Notes: generated by a model not told the origin, from the sequence alone. Counted from the stretch's first letter, positions 37,213 to 49,682 are shown. The stretch: DNA of 64,000 bases from Thermoanaerobaculia bacterium (GCA_963816185.1 CAWFJJ010000024.1:1-64000), one strand, 5' to 3'. Numbers and translations: made by a program.

Positions 37213-37241
37213 AGAGGGGGTGCGAGAGCACTCCCTTTTTT
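37213..37241 (+). terminator. Rho-independent terminator
   Basis: AGGGGGTGC-GAGA-GCACTCCCT stem-loop followed by a T run. Confidence 0.8.
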
Positions 37242-37244
37242 ATT

Positions 37245-38456
37245 GTGAAACGCCGAAACATTCTTCCGAACAATCTTCCGATATTTGCGCTGCTGCTGGC
37301 GGCCTGTGTCACCGCGTTCGCCCAGACCGATCCATTGCACGTGGCCTCGCCCGACGGTCAGCTGGTGATGCGGCTGTTCATCATGACACCGCAGGATAGC
37401 CGCCTGGTGCGGCTGGCCTACCAGGTTTCCTATCGCGGAAAGCTTCTGATCGACACCTCTCTATTGGGAATCGCGATCCACGATCAGGAGCCGTTCCTGG
37501 GAGAGAACGTCGGTCTGGTCACGTCGAAGGCGGAATCCGTCGACGAGATCTACAGGCTCCCGCTGGGAAAGCGCCAGGGCATTCGCAACCACTACAACTC
37601 GCTGATCGCGCAATACATTCAGAACGGTTCGTTGGGGCGGCGTGTGACCATCGAGGCCCGCGCGTACGATGACGGCGTAGCCTTTCGCTATTACATTCCC
37701 CGGACCAGCACAGTGGAGGATCTGCAGATCGAGGAAGAGCTGACCGACTTCCGGTTTGCGCAGGACGGCCAGGGCTTCCCGCTAGTCCTTCAGAACTACC
37801 AGAGCGCTTCGGAAGGCGACTCCCGCCCAGCGAAGATCAGTACATTGAAACGCACGTCCTTGATCGGCCTGCCGTTCCTGGTGGAGCAGCCGGGCGTGGG
37901 CTGGGTGGCGATCACGGAAGCGCAACTCGACAATTACCCGGGGATGTACGTGTTTCATCCGGAGGGCACCACGATGCGCACCACGCTTGCGCCGCGCTTG
38001 GACGATGCGGCCATCGCCATGCACGGCATGACCCCGGCGGAGACGCCGTGGCGGGTCCTGATGGTGGCCTCCGAGCCTCGCAAGCTGCTCGATTCCGAGA
38101 TCCTGAAGAATCTGAACCCAGCGTCCCCGATGGCGGATACGACGTGGATCAAGCCGGCAAATCAGCAAACCAAGGAATTGTTCTCGATCGATTATTCCGC
38201 CCAGTTCGAGCAGCAGATGGAACAGCGATTCAGCGATTTCGAAAAGAGAGGCGAGGCGGGTGTGAAGATCGACTTGCTGAATCGTTCCGACCAGCAAATG
38301 ATCGACTTCTATCGCCGCGCTGCCAAATCCGCCGCCGCCCATCATTTAATGGTCGAGTTTGAAAATGCCCCGGCGCCGGACGGAATCGAGCGAACCTGGC
38401 CCAACGTGCTGCCACGTGAGGATCCAGCGTTCACGAAGTTGCTCGGCAGGTTCTGA
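37245..38456 (+). CDS. Glycoside hydrolase family 97-related protein, shortened
   Basis: SPDG, RAYDDGVAFRY, TPWR, WIKP, GVKID..DQ and RTWPN GH97 motifs; 403-aa intact ORF. Confidence 0.85.
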   Translation: MKRRNILPNNLPIFALLLAACVTAFAQTDPLHVASPDGQLVMRLFIMTPQDSRLVRLAYQVSYRGKLLIDTSLLGIAIHDQEPFLGENVGLVTSKAESVDEIYRLPLGKRQGIRNHYNSLIAQYIQNGSLGRRVTIEARAYDDGVAFRYYIPRTSTVEDLQIEEELTDFRFAQDGQGFPLVLQNYQSASEGDSRPAKISTLKRTSLIGLPFLVEQPGVGWVAITEAQLDNYPGMYVFHPEGTTMRTTLAPRLDDAAIAMHGMTPAETPWRVLMVASEPRKLLDSEILKNLNPASPMADTTWIKPANQQTKELFSIDYSAQFEQQMEQRFSDFEKRGEAGVKIDLLNRSDQQMIDFYRRAAKSAAAHHLMVEFENAPAPDGIERTWPNVLPREDPAFTKLLGRF

Positions 38457-38478
38457 CGATTCGGTCTATTCCTCGCCG

Positions 38479-39741
38479 CTATTCTTCACCATGGATCAAG
38501 TCGTCGAAGGTCTCGCGCTTGCGGATCACGCGCCAGGAGCCGTCTTCGATCAACACCTCCGCGGGGCGGGGACGGGCATTATAGTTGGAGGCTTGCGCGA
38601 AGCCGTAGGCTCCGGCAGTGCACACGGCGAGAAGATCGCCGGGGAACACCTCGGGCATCTGCCGATCCTGGGCAAGAAAGTCGCCGGATTCGCAGACCGG
38701 TCCCACTACATCCGCGCGCAGTCCGCAGCTCGCGTTTGCCGTTGCGCGTAGCGGCAGGATTTCGTGATGCGCGTCGTACAGCGCCGGGCGGATCAGATCG
38801 TTCATGGCCGCGTCCACCACCACGAATTCCTTGTCGCCGCTCTTCTTGCGATAAAGAACGCGCGTGAGCAGCACTCCCGCGTCGCCGACGATCGACCGGC
38901 CCGGTTCCAGGAACAAATGCAGATCGTAGCCTGCGACTTTCTCACGCAGCGGCCGCTGCGAACTCGGCGATAGGCGGCGCCGGGTCGTCCGGTTTGTAGG
39001 CGATGCCCAGGCCGCCTCCGAGATCGACATGCCGGATGTCGAAACCTTTGGCCCGCAGGAGCGGCGATCAATTCGAGCACGCGGTCGGCGGCTTGCATCA
39101 CCGGTTCGAAATCGAACTGCTGCGAGCCGATGTGGCAGCTCACGCCTTCGAGCAGCAGGTTCTCGAGCTGGCGGGCGCGCTTCGTAGACTGCCTCGGCCT
39201 CGCCGATATCGATCCCGAACTTGTGGCCCAGACTCCCGGTCGCGATATGGGCGTGAGTGTTGGCGGCGACGTCGGGATTCACGCGAAGAGCGACCCGCGC
39301 CTGGATCCCGCGCCGGTGCGCCAGCGCGTCCACCAGCGCCAGCTCGGGCTCGGACTCGCAGTTGAACGCGAAGATTCCCGCGGCCAGGGCGGCGTCGATC
39401 TCCTCGGAGGTTTTGCCCACGCCCGAGAACACTACTTTGGCGGGATCGCCGCCGGCTTTCAGAACGCGATACAGCTCGCCTCCGGAGACGATGTCGAATC
39501 CGGCTCCCGCGCGGGCCAGCAGGCGCAGGATCGCCAGGTTGCCATTGGCTTTCATCGCATAGCATATGGTGTGCGGAGCGCCCTGCAGCGCGCCTTCATA
39601 GGCCCGATAGTTCGCCAGGATGGTGGCGGCGGAATAGACGTAACACGGCGTTCCGGCCTTCGCCGCGATATCGGCCAGGGCGACGCCATCGCACATCAGA
39701 GTGCGATCCCGGTATTCCATCGGCTTCATGGTGGTTTGCAT
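38479..39741 (-). CDS. lysA: Diaminopimelate decarboxylase (frameshifted)
   Basis: YAMKAN (PLP Lys), DIVSGGEL, HIGSQ, EPGRS, GPVCESGD and SNYNARPR motifs. Confidence 0.95.
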   Translation of the reverse strand: MQTTMKPMEYRDRTLMCDGVALADIAAKAGTPCYVYSAATILANYRAYEGALQGAPHTICYAMKANGNLAILRLLARAGAGFDIVSGGELYRVLKAGGDPAKVVFSGVGKTSEEIDAALAAGIFAFNCESEPELALVDALAHRRGIQARVALRVNPDVAANTHAHIATGSLGHKFGIDIGEAEAVYEARPPAREPAARRRELPHRLAAVRFRTGDASRRPRARIDRRSCGPKVSTSGMSISEAAWASPTNRTTRRRLSPSSQRPLREKVAGYDLHLFLEPGRSIVGDAGVLLTRVLYRKKSGDKEFVVVDAAMNDLIRPALYDAHHEILPLRATANASCGLRADVVGPVCESGDFLAQDRQMPEVFPGDLLAVCTAGAYGFAQASNYNARPRPAEVLIEDGSWRVIRKRETFDDLIHGEE

Positions 39742-39748
39742 GCGAGTC

Positions 39749-41514
39749 TCATGCGATCACCCGAAGCACGATGACGGTTTGATCGTCGAAGATAGGGACG
39801 GTTCCACGAAACTTGTCCACGGCCGCGATGATGGCGTCCGCGATGGCCTGGGGCGGCTCGGGCCCATGTTTCTTGACGATGCGAATGATGCGTTCCCGCC
39901 CGAACTCTTCATGCTTCTCGTTGGGCTGCTCGTCGACTCCATCGGAGTAGAAGACCAGGGCATCGCCCGGTTCGGCGGCGAGCTCTACTTCATCGTATTC
40001 GCGATCGTCGAGCAATCCGATGGGCACGCCTTCGATCTTGGTCTCGAGAATCTCGCCGTTACGAAGAATCAATGGCGGCGCGGCTCCGGCGTTGGAAAGG
40101 ACGAATCTTCGCACGGGCGGCTGCCACAGAGCGACCAGCAGCGTGGCGTACTGGGCCTCTACTTTGCGCTCGAGCAGGGTTTCGTTCAGCTTCTGAATCA
40201 GCTCCGCGGGATTACGCCGGCGGGCGAGGGTCCGCAGCAAGCCCGAAATCAGCGCTCCGTATAGGGCCGCCGCGGCGCCTTTTCCGCTCACGTCTCCGAA
40301 GGCAATGACGCAAGCGAGTCCTCGGCCTGATCGAAGAAACCGAACACGTCGCCGGAGATCTCGCGTGCCGGGCGGGACCGGATGCCGGTCGATAATCCCT
40401 GCATCTCAGGATCCTCGCGCGGCAGAAGGATGCGCTGGACCTGGCGCGCGGCCTTGAGATCCTGATCCATGCGCTGCTCGCGTTGGGCGACTTCCCCGTA
40501 CAGGCGGGCGTTTTCCACTGAACTCGCGATCTGCTGGGCCAGCAGGGAGAGCGTGCGCTGGTGATCTTCCGTAAAGAACGCGATGCGCTCGCTTTCGACA
40601 TCGAGGACGCCCACGACGCGGTCCTGGACGATCAGCGGCACCGCCAGTTCCGAGCGGATGCCCGGGTGCGATGCGATATAGCGCGGATCGGCCCCGGTAT
40701 CGAGCACACGTACCGGCTCGTGCGATTCGGCAGCCGCGCCGGTGATGCCCTTTCCGAAGGGAATGTTGTCGATCTTCACCCTTTGGTCGTAGCGAACGCT
40801 AAAACGGTTGCGAAGGATGCTCCCTTCGCTATCCACCAGAAAGACGCTAAAGGCATCGTACGGAATCAGAGCCCGGATCGCCGAGGCGATCTTGGTCAGC
40901 AGCTCGTCCAGGTCCAGGATCGCGCTGAATTCGCGCGAAAGGTGCGCCAGGGTTCGCAGCGTGCGATTCTGCCGGTCCACGCGCCGGTACAGCCTCGCGT
41001 TTTCGATGGAAGACGCTACGCGCGAGCCGATCAGGCTGAGCATGGACCGGTCCTGCTCCCCGTATGCCTTCACACGCGTCGATTGCACGTCGAGCACGCC
41101 CACCAGCTTTCCCCGGGCGGTCATCGGCACGGCCAGCTCGCTGCGAACGGCGTCCAGAGCGTTCAGATATCGAGGGTCCTGGTTGACGTCTTCGACCAGC
41201 ACCGGTTCGCGGCGCGCGGCGGCTGTTCCGACGATGCCCTCGCCGAGAGGAATCGACAGGCTGCGCACAACCTCTTCGCGGTGGCCGATGGCATGCCGGA
41301 TGGTGAGAGCGTGCGTACGCTCGCTGTAGAGCAGGATCGCGAACACATCGTAGGGAACCACTTCCTTCACGATGGAAGCGATGGTGGAGAGCTGCTCCGC
41401 CAGATCCAGCGTCTCCGAGCTGATGCGCGACACTTCGAGCAGGAAATCGAGCAGCTCGGCGCGCTCACGGAAGCGAAGAGCGGTCCGGCGCGGGGTTGTG
41501 GCGTGTGTCGTCAC
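39749..41514 (-). CDS. GAF-GAF-SpoIIE (PP2C) serine phosphatase (frameshifted)
   Basis: Two GAF repeats (GEGIVG..RSELAVP), DVSGKG, YSDGV and DDQT motifs. Confidence 0.92.
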
Positions 41515-42180
41515 GACTGCATCGCCTCCACGATTTGAACTCCGGAGCTGGTGCCGATGCGGTTCGCGCCGGCCGCCCGCATGGCTTCCAGGTCCTCCAG
41601 CGTGCGGATTCCGCCGGACGCTTTTACGCCGATGTCTGGACCGACCGCGCGCCTCATCAGCTCGACGTCGTGCACCGTAGCGCCGTGGGTCGAGAAGCCA
41701 GTGGACGTTTTGACGAAATCGGCGCCAGGCTGTTTGCAGATTAGTGCAGGCCGCAGTCTTTTGATCGTCGTTCAGCAGCGCGGTTTCGAGAATCACTTTG
41801 ACTAGCGCGCCGGCGGGCATGCGCCGCCAGTGACCACGGCCGCGATATCGGCTCGGACGGCATCGAAGTTGCCCGCGCACAGCTCGCCGATGTTCAGGAC
41901 CATGTCGATTTCCCGCGCTCCGCAAGCGATCGCTCCTTCCGTTTCCGCCACTTTGATGGCGGTGGTATTCGCGCCGAGAGGGAATCCGGCGACGGATGCC
42001 ACCTGTACGGGCAGATCCCGCCAATTCCTCTGCCGCCAGTGGAACCCAATAGGGATTCACGCACACCGTAGCAAATCCGTACCGGCGGGCTTCCTGGCAG
42101 AGCCTGCGAATGTCAGCCGCGGTCGCCTGTGGTTTGAGCAGGGTGTGGTCGATCAGCGCGGCGATCTCGCGGACGGGCAT
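41511..42180 (-). CDS. deoC: Deoxyribose-phosphate aldolase (frameshifted)
   Basis: [27 protein letters not shown] and KVILET motifs. Confidence 0.95.
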
Positions 42181-42229
42181 TCTTAATAATATCGTGATCA
42201 TAGGGCGGGCTCGGTATGATAAAAAGATC

Positions 42230-43580
42230 ATGGAAACCGCCGTCGCCACGCCTGCCGCATCGGTAATCGATCTAGAAGCACGCTACTTATTCCAAAACTA
42301 TGCGCGGTACCCGCTGGTGCTGCATCGCGGCAAAGGGTGCTATGTCTACGATACGTCCGGCAAGCGGTACCTGGATCTGATTGCCGGTATCGGAGTGAAT
42401 GCGCTCGGACACGCCCATCCGCGCCTGATGAAGGTGATCCGGGAGCAGGCCGGGCGGATGCTCCACTCCTCGAATCTTTACTATCACGAGTATCAGGGTC
42501 CGCTGGCGGAGCGCATCGCCAAAGTCACCGGTCTCGATCGCGTATTCTTCTGCAATTCGGGAACGGAGGCCATGGAGGGCGCGCTCAAGATCATCCGCGC
42601 GCACGGCCGCAAGATCAGTCCATCAGAAGTATGAGACGGTGGCGCTGTTCGATTCCTTCCACGGCCGGACATTTGGTGCACTCTCCATCACCGGCCAGGA
42701 AAAGTATCGCAGCGATTTTGAGCCGATGCTGCCCGGAGCCCGTTTCGTGCAGCGCAACGATATCGGCGCGCTGGAGCAGGTGGTCGGGGCGAACACGGCG
42801 GGCATTGTGCTCGAGATTGTGCAGGGCGAGGGCGGCGTCAATCCGCTGACCGACGAATACATCCGCGCGGCCCGGGATCTGGCGTATCGTCACGACGCGC
42901 TGCTGGTGTTCGACGAGATCCAGTGCGGCGTGGGACGGCCCGGGGCTTATTTCTCCTATCAATTGCTGGATCCCATAGTGATGCCGGACATCACCACGGC
43001 TGCCAAGCCGTTAGCGTGCGGGATCCCGCTAGGCTTTGTCGCGGCGACCGAGCGCGCGGCGAGTGCGATCGGCAAGGGTCAGCACGGCACCACGTTTGGC
43101 GGTGGACCGCTGGCCTGCCGCGTCGCGCTGGAGTTCTTCGACATTTTGGACGAACTGCTGCCCAACATCATTCATGTCGGCGGCTACTTCCGGATGCAGT
43201 TAATGGAGCTGGCCAAGAAGTTCTCATTCATTCAAGAAGTGCGCGGATACGGTCTGATGATCGGAGTGGAGATCGACTTTCCAGGCAAGCAGATCGTGCT
43301 GGATGCGATGGAGCAGGGCCTGCTGATCAACTGCACGCACGATAAGGTGTTGCGCTTCCTGCCGCCTTATATCCTGTCCGAGCAGGACGTGGATCGTGCG
43401 GTGACGGTGCTGAAGAGGGTGTTCAAGAAGGCCAAGCCGCCAGAAGCACGTAAAGGGACGAAAAAGGGGACACCTCCTAACTTCCGCAAAGCCAGTAGCG
43501 GAGCGAAAACCAGGAGGTGTCCCCTTTTTTCTCTTTTTCTCGGGCTACAGCAAATGATGATGGCCGGCGGCTTCCAGTAG
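42230..43580 (+). CDS. argD: Acetylornithine aminotransferase (frameshifted; true end may be about 43453)
   Basis: [24 protein letters not shown] and [12 protein letters not shown] motifs. Confidence 0.9.
43461..43529. repeat. Inverted-repeat element with GGGGACA core; possible bidirectional terminator
   Basis: Perfect 18-bp arms AAAAAGGGGACACCTCCT and AGGAGGTGTCCCCTTTTT between convergent argD and manC. Confidence 0.8.
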
Positions 43581-44619
43581 CTTGACCAGGTCGCCGACTT
43601 GCTGGGCGCGGCTGCGGTCGGCGATCAGCAAAGCATCGGGCGTGTCTACGACGATCAGATTGTTTACGCCTAAAAGCGCCACCAGCTTCTTCTCGGCATC
43701 GACGTAGTTGCCGGTGCTGTTCTCGATCATGGTATGCGTGCGCAGGGCATTGCCCGCCCGATCGCGCGCGTGCAGCTCATACACGGCGTTCCAGCTACCG
43801 ACGTCGTTCCAGGCGATGTCGCCGGCGGGCAATCCCACGACGTTGGCTGCGCGTTCCAGCACCGCGTAATCGATCGAGATGTTCTCGGTCTTAGGAAACG
43901 CCTCTCCGAGGCTCTTGGCAAACTTCCGCGAACCGAACGGAGGAAGACTGGCCAGCAGGCTCGCGGTCTTGGGCAGATGCTGGCGCAAGGCGTCGAGCAA
44001 GACGGACGTCTTCCAGAAGAACATCCCGGCGTTCCAGTAGAAGTTGCCTGCTTTGAGGAAACGCGCGGCAGTCTTTGCATCGGGCTTCTCGCGGAAGCGC
44101 TTGACGGGCAGCGCTCTCGGAACCGCCGGGCTGGACGCCCTTCGGAAACTCGATATAGCCGTAGCCGGTCTCAGGCCAGCGCGGCTGGATCCCCAGAACC
44201 ACGATCTTCCCGGCGCGCGCGGCCTTCAGCGCGGATTTGAGCAGCCGAATGTATTGGCGCGGCTTGCCGATCACGTGGTCGGCGGGAAACACGCCCATGA
44301 TCGATTCCGGATCGAGCCCATGCAGGATCTGGGCGGCCAGACCGATTGCAGGCGCCGTGTTGCGCTGTGCAGGCTCGGCCAGGATCTGGCGCTTGGGGAC
44401 TTCGGGGAGCTGGCGAACGATCTCGTCCCGCAGATGGCCGTTGGTGAGTATCCAGATTCGCTCGGGAGGCAGGACCGGACGCAGCCGGTCGACGGTCTGC
44501 TGGATCAAGGAGCGGTCGCCGAATAGCCGGAGAACCTGCTTGGCCGTGGCCCGGCGGCTTTTGGGCCAGAAGCGGGTGCCCCGGCCGCCGGCCAGAATCA
44601 GACCGTAAACATGTTCCAT
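43545..44619 (-). CDS. manC: Mannose-1-phosphate guanylyltransferase (frameshifted)
   Basis: LAGGRGTRFWP.SR..KQ, RNTAPAI, PETGYGYI, SIDYAV and WNDVGSW motifs. Confidence 0.93.
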
Positions 44620-44634
44620 GAGTTTACTGAACTC

Positions 44635-45373
44635 TTATTGAACTGGGTATCCGCGCACCAACTTCAGCTCCCGATCCCAGCGAGTCTTGAAGAAGAAGTT
44701 CTTGGCGAGATCGATGAAGTGATCGGCGCTATAGCCAACCAGGTCCGCGGTGGGCGCGTCGTAGGACCAGAAGATCAGCAAGGGCTTGCCGATGATGTTC
44801 TCGCGCGGCACGAAGCCCCAGTAGCGGCTGTCGAGCGAATTATCGCGATTGTCGCCCATGGCGAAGTAGCTATCCGGCGGGACCACCACCTCGCCGTTCT
44901 GCACGTGCTCGGCGAGCATCTGCTTGGCGCGATCGTAGACCGGTCCGTCCGGCTCGGTCGGGAAGTTGTCGCGATACGGATCCGGGTTGGGGAAAATATG
45001 CTGGGCGTATGGTTCGTTGAGTAGCGGTTTGCCGTTCAGGTAAACCACTTTGTTCACCAAATGGATGTGATCGCCCGGGAACGCCCATCACGCGCTTCAC
45101 GTAGTTCTGAGAGATGTCCATCGGATAGCGGAACACGATGACGTCGCCGCGCTTCGGCTCCGTGTAAGGCAGCAGGTAGCGCGAGAACGATCCCGGCGGC
45201 GCATAGGACAGCTTGTCCACCAAAAGATGATCGCCGACCATCACGGTGGTATCCATGGACGGTGTCGGCACGATGAAAGCCTGCACCAGGGTGGTGGTGC
45301 CGAATAGCAGGATCAGGATGTTCAGGCTCCACTCATGGATGAAGTTCCGCGTGGATTCGGCAAATTGGCTCAT
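44635..45373 (-). CDS. lepB: Signal peptidase I (second copy, frameshifted)
   Basis: PTPSM (Ser), YVKR (Lys) and GDNRDNSLDSR motifs. Confidence 0.93.
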
Positions 45374-45397
45374 GTGGGGCTTTATTTGATATGGATC

Positions 45398-46279
45398 CTA
45401 CTTAATCGGATAGCCGTGGATCAGCATGAAGCTTCTGCGCCAGCGGGTCTTGCTAAAAAAATTCGTGGCAAGATCCCGAATGTGGTCGAGGCTGATGGAA
45501 GAGGTGTTGAGATCTTCGGTGGGGGCGTCGAAGGACCAGTAAATCACCAGCGGCTTGCCGATGATGTTCTCGCGCGGAACGAATCCCCAGTAGCGGCTAT
45601 CGAGCGAGGAATCGCGGTTATCGCCCATCGCGAAGTAGGAATTGGGCGGAACCACGACTTCGCCGTTGACCACGTGGTTCAGAAGCATGTCCGAGGCGCG
45701 GCGGTCGACGGAAACGTTGGGCTCGCCGGGGAAATTGTCGCGGTAAGAATCGATGTAATCGGACTTGTGATAGGTGTACGGCTCATCCAGGCGCACGCCA
45801 TTCAGGTACACCTGCTTGTTGATCACGCGGATGCGGTCGCCGGGCACGCCGATGCAGCGCTTGACGAAGGTCTGATTGATCTCGACCGGGTAGCGGAAGA
45901 CGATGATATCGCCGCGCTTCACATCGGTGTAGGGCAGCAGATACTTGCTCACCGGGCCGTAGGGAGCGAAGGCCAGCTTATCCACCAGCAGGTGGTCGCC
46001 GATCAGGAGCGTGTCTTCCATGGAACCGGTCGGAATCACGTAGGCCTGTACCAGGGTCGTGGTCAGGAACAGGAGCAGAAGGATGGTGATGGTCCATTCG
46101 GCGATAGTGCTGCGGGGGCGCTCATGATGGTGGTCTTCGGGTTCGACGATCGGTGTACCTTCCGTCGACGGCAGGCCGTTCAGCGGTGGCTCCGTCACTG
46201 GGACGGTGTAAGACGGGACCTCGGAAACTGTACCCGAACTCGAGGGCAGGGAAGGGTCCGTGGGATCTTGGGGGCTCAC
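45398..46279 (-). CDS. lepB: Signal peptidase I (first copy)
   Basis: PTGSM, FVKR and GDNRDSSLDSR motifs; GTG start with AGAGG RBS. Confidence 0.93.
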   Translation of the reverse strand: MSPQDPTDPSLPSSSGTVSEVPSYTVPVTEPPLNGLPSTEGTPIVEPEDHHHERPRSTIAEWTITILLLLFLTTTLVQAYVIPTGSMEDTLLIGDHLLVDKLAFAPYGPVSKYLLPYTDVKRGDIIVFRYPVEINQTFVKRCIGVPGDRIRVINKQVYLNGVRLDEPYTYHKSDYIDSYRDNFPGEPNVSVDRRASDMLLNHVVNGEVVVPPNSYFAMGDNRDSSLDSRYWGFVPRENIIGKPLVIYWSFDAPTEDLNTSSISLDHIRDLATNFFSKTRWRRSFMLIHGYPIK

Positions 46280-46662
46280 TACCTCTATCTTAGCGTGGCT
46301 TGCCCCAATGTGATAAACGCAGCGACAAAACGAACCCAAGAACCCCTTGAAACCAAAGGGTCGAGCATTTGGGAGGTGGATGTTTGGGCGAACGCTTTCA
46401 TAATCGGGGCCGTGGAGCGGGCTCCAGCGGGCACCATTGTGTCTCACCGCGCGTTCATCTCGCGCCCGTTGGGCGCAGCCAATTTAAGCTTCTCGGTACT
46501 AATCAAACGCCCGCTCGCACTTCCGCAACTGACCGTGCCCGACTTGGTAACGCTATTAGAATCTGAAGAGCGGGAATTACCAAAGGCGGCCGTGGTGGCG
46601 ATATAATCAACGGTGCTCGGGAACCCTAAATGGAAATTCCGCTGAGTACTGCTTGAGGCCAC

Positions 46663-47801
46663 ATGAACAGTCACATCTTGCGAGTTCTGCTGTTGTCGCC
46701 CGTCTTCTCCCTCCTGACGATGGCCCAGTCCCTCGAAGGAGTCTGGCAAGGGAACGTCACGATGCCGAATGCACCCGAAAGCCGCGCCGCGATCAGAGTC
46801 ACGCGCACCGACGGCTCTCTCGCGGGCGTCATGTTTCTGTTGGATACCAAGGTACAAATGCCTGTCGCCAACATCTCTCTGCGAGGCACCACCGCGAAGA
46901 TGTCTATCGCGGGCATGACCTATGAAGGCACGCTGAGCGCTGACGGCAACTCCATTGCCGGCAAGCTGACCATGGGAGCCAACTCCATGCCTATGCCATT
47001 AAAGCGCGCCACCTGGAGACAGCCTGGGAACTGCCGAAGCCGCCCGCGCTCCTCGCGAAAGATGTGCCGCTGGAATTCGTAGTCTCCACCATCAAACCCG
47101 CTCCCGACACCAACATCCCTTCCGGAACTTATGGCATCGGGGCTAGCAGCTACCAGGCCCACGGAGCCTCGCTGATCTACCTGCTGACCTTCGGCTTCAA
47201 CATGCACCCCAGACAATTCGTCGGTCTTCCTGGATGGGCGACCTCCGATCGCTACGAAGTCAACGCAAAGCTTCCTGAAGGAGGCAGGCCTACCGATGCC
47301 CAATTGCGCATCATGGTCCAGAACCTGGTGAAGGACCGCTTCGGGATCACCTTCCACATCGAAAAACGCGAACTCCCGGCCTACACGATTAATGTTGGCA
47401 AGGGCGGTTTGGCGGGCATCAAGATGACGAGGAGCGAATCTCAGGGGAGCAATGGCGGCGGCACCTTCCAGGGCTCCGTTCCCGGCACCGGCGTCATGAC
47501 CATGGGCAACGCCACCATGACCGATATGGCGAGTCTAATGCAACGCGTCATGCTCGACCGTCCCGTGGTCGACCAAAGCGGACTCACTGGCCGCTACAAC
47601 ATCGCTCTCAAATGGGCTCCGGACGACACGCAGTTCATCCAAATGAACCTCAGACTCGCCCCGCCTCCGGGAGCCGATCCCGATCCTCTACCCAACCTCG
47701 TGACCGCCTTCCAGGAGCAACTCGGCATGAAACTGGAGTCAACAAAAGCGCCTGTCGATGTCATCGTCATCGACAAAGTTTCGCGCCCGTCGGAGAACTG
47801 A
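46663..47801 (+). CDS. TIGR03435-like acidobacterial family protein (frameshifted)
   Basis: F.VSTIKP, GLPGW..DRYEV.AK, DRPVVDQSGL.GRY, AFQEQLGMKL and VIDKVSRPSEN motifs. Confidence 0.9.
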
Positions 47802-47864
47802 CTAACAGACCGTCTTGGGTGAAGCCGTCTGCTCTTGTGATAGACGGTAAAGATATGTTATCGA

Positions 47865-48735
47865 CTACCAAGCCGCCGGACTTGGTCGAGACCGCTTAGG
47901 ACGCCCAATCTCATCTGGCGGTGAGGCTTCGCAGATAGGTACCGATAAACGCTTCTGTGAAGCGCCTGCGCCCGTGACCGATAGTTGTAGGAGGGGACGA
48001 GCTACCTTGCGATCAGGGCTCCATCCGCCAGACTGGGTTGCGATCCAGACAGGGTAGCGCGTTGGCTGTCTGAGCACCGCCGTTTCTTCCGCTACGAAAC
48101 TGGCCGGTGGAAATGGCGATCCGTACTGCACTTCCGGCAGGTTCATGAGCTTTCCGATCATCGATTGATAGAGACCCAGCCCCACCTGTTGTTCCGGAGG
48201 CAGGTACCAGCGGTGCAGTGAGTCCGCCATTTTCTTAAATTCGGCGATCAGTTGGTCACGCGGTATGTTGCGTCGGCCGGCCTCAGATAGCGTTTCGAGT
48301 GTTGTATCCACTGCCAGCAGCATGTTGCTCCGGCGCAGCACCAAGCCGGCGAGCAAGGCCGGATCGCCAGTTGTGGTGTCATCGGCGAAAACTCCCGCAG
48401 TGAGGACGGGTTCCGCGAAAAAACGAGTGCCGGGATTGCTCAAGCCGGGATTCATGCCCATGGACATGACCAGCCGTTCCTCACCCGGCAGCAGCGGTTT
48501 CGCGGCCGGCTCAATCAACGGATCGGAATACCTCACCAACGGCGCACTACTAGCGTTGGCGACTTTGAGGTACCCGCTTCGCAGCGACCACATAGGCCAC
48601 CAAACTGATCGCGGAATTGTTGCGAATTTTGACGTCGTCCAAGCCACTCGATCTATGGATCAGTGTGGTGGAGATCTGCGCATCCAATGAGAAGGCGCAT
48701 GCGAGCAGAGGTGCTAGCGAGATGACGGTTTTCAT
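47865..48735 (-). CDS. Hypothetical secreted protein (frameshifted)
   Basis: Signal peptide ORF 48550..48735 continuing into 47865..48647. Confidence 0.55.
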
Positions 48736-48985
48736 TCCGACTCTTCCTTGAGCGGCAGAATACCGTCATGATACCTCTCATAACGGAAAGAGGTCGGAAG
48801 AAAGTTCCTGGAGGTTGGGGATTTTTGCGCGGGGGCCAGGCGATCCTCAGCATAAGTGACCGCCCATGGGCACTAGCCAGATGTGCCTAGGGCTATTGGA
48901 CATAGCGTCGGATAATGGCCGTTTGTTGACAACGTTAGGACTTTGGAAGTCCCCGTGCCTTAGGAACTCCGAGGAGAACTGACAT

Positions 48986-49682
48986 ATGCGGAACACGCTC
49001 TCAGTCATTTTTGCAATTGCCGGTACTCTGAGCACCGCCGCCTTCGCGGCGGACAGGGAGATTAAGGTTACTGACCGGCTGGACGCTTCGGCCGACACAC
49101 TGTCCGATATGATGAAGGCCAGCGATAAGGGTATTCCCCAAGATTTGCTCGACAAGGCTAAATGCGTCGTGGTTATCCCCGGAATGAAAAAGGCCGGATT
49201 CATCTTCGGCGCGAAGTATGGCCAGGGATTTGCGGCCTGCCGCCGCAGCGGTGGCACCGGCTGGAGCGCTCCCGCCGCGATGCGCGTGGAAGGTGGAAGT
49301 GTGGGGTTTCAGATCGGCCTGTCGGAGACAGACGTTGTATTACTCGTTATGAATGATGGCGGTATGAAGCACCTTCTTTCCGACAAGTTTACGATCGGCG
49401 GAGACGCCACTGCAGCGGCAGGTCCGATTGGCCGCGCTGCCAGCGCCCAGACGGACGCGATGCTGAACGCGGAAATGCTGTCGTATTCCCGTGCGCGCGG
49501 ACTCTTTGCCGGCATCTCGCTGGAAGGCGCGACGCTTCGTCCGGATGAAGACACCAACCGGGAACTATACGGTCGCCAGGCAACGAATCGCGAAATTCTG
49601 ACTGGCGACTTCAAAACCCCCGCAAGCGCGGCAGACGTTTGAACGCCGGTTGAATCGGGAATCGCCCGTACGCGACAAGTAA
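48986..49682 (+). CDS. Lipid-binding SYLF (Ysc84) domain protein
   Basis: GWSAP, GGSVGFQIG, AAGPIGR and YSRARGLFAGISLEG motifs; likely frameshift before the true stop near 49682. Confidence 0.9.

Noticed and set aside
40288-42249. 653-aa DeoC-GAF fusion ORF
   Set aside because: Frameshift artefact; deoC and the phosphatase overlap by GTGA at 41511-41514.
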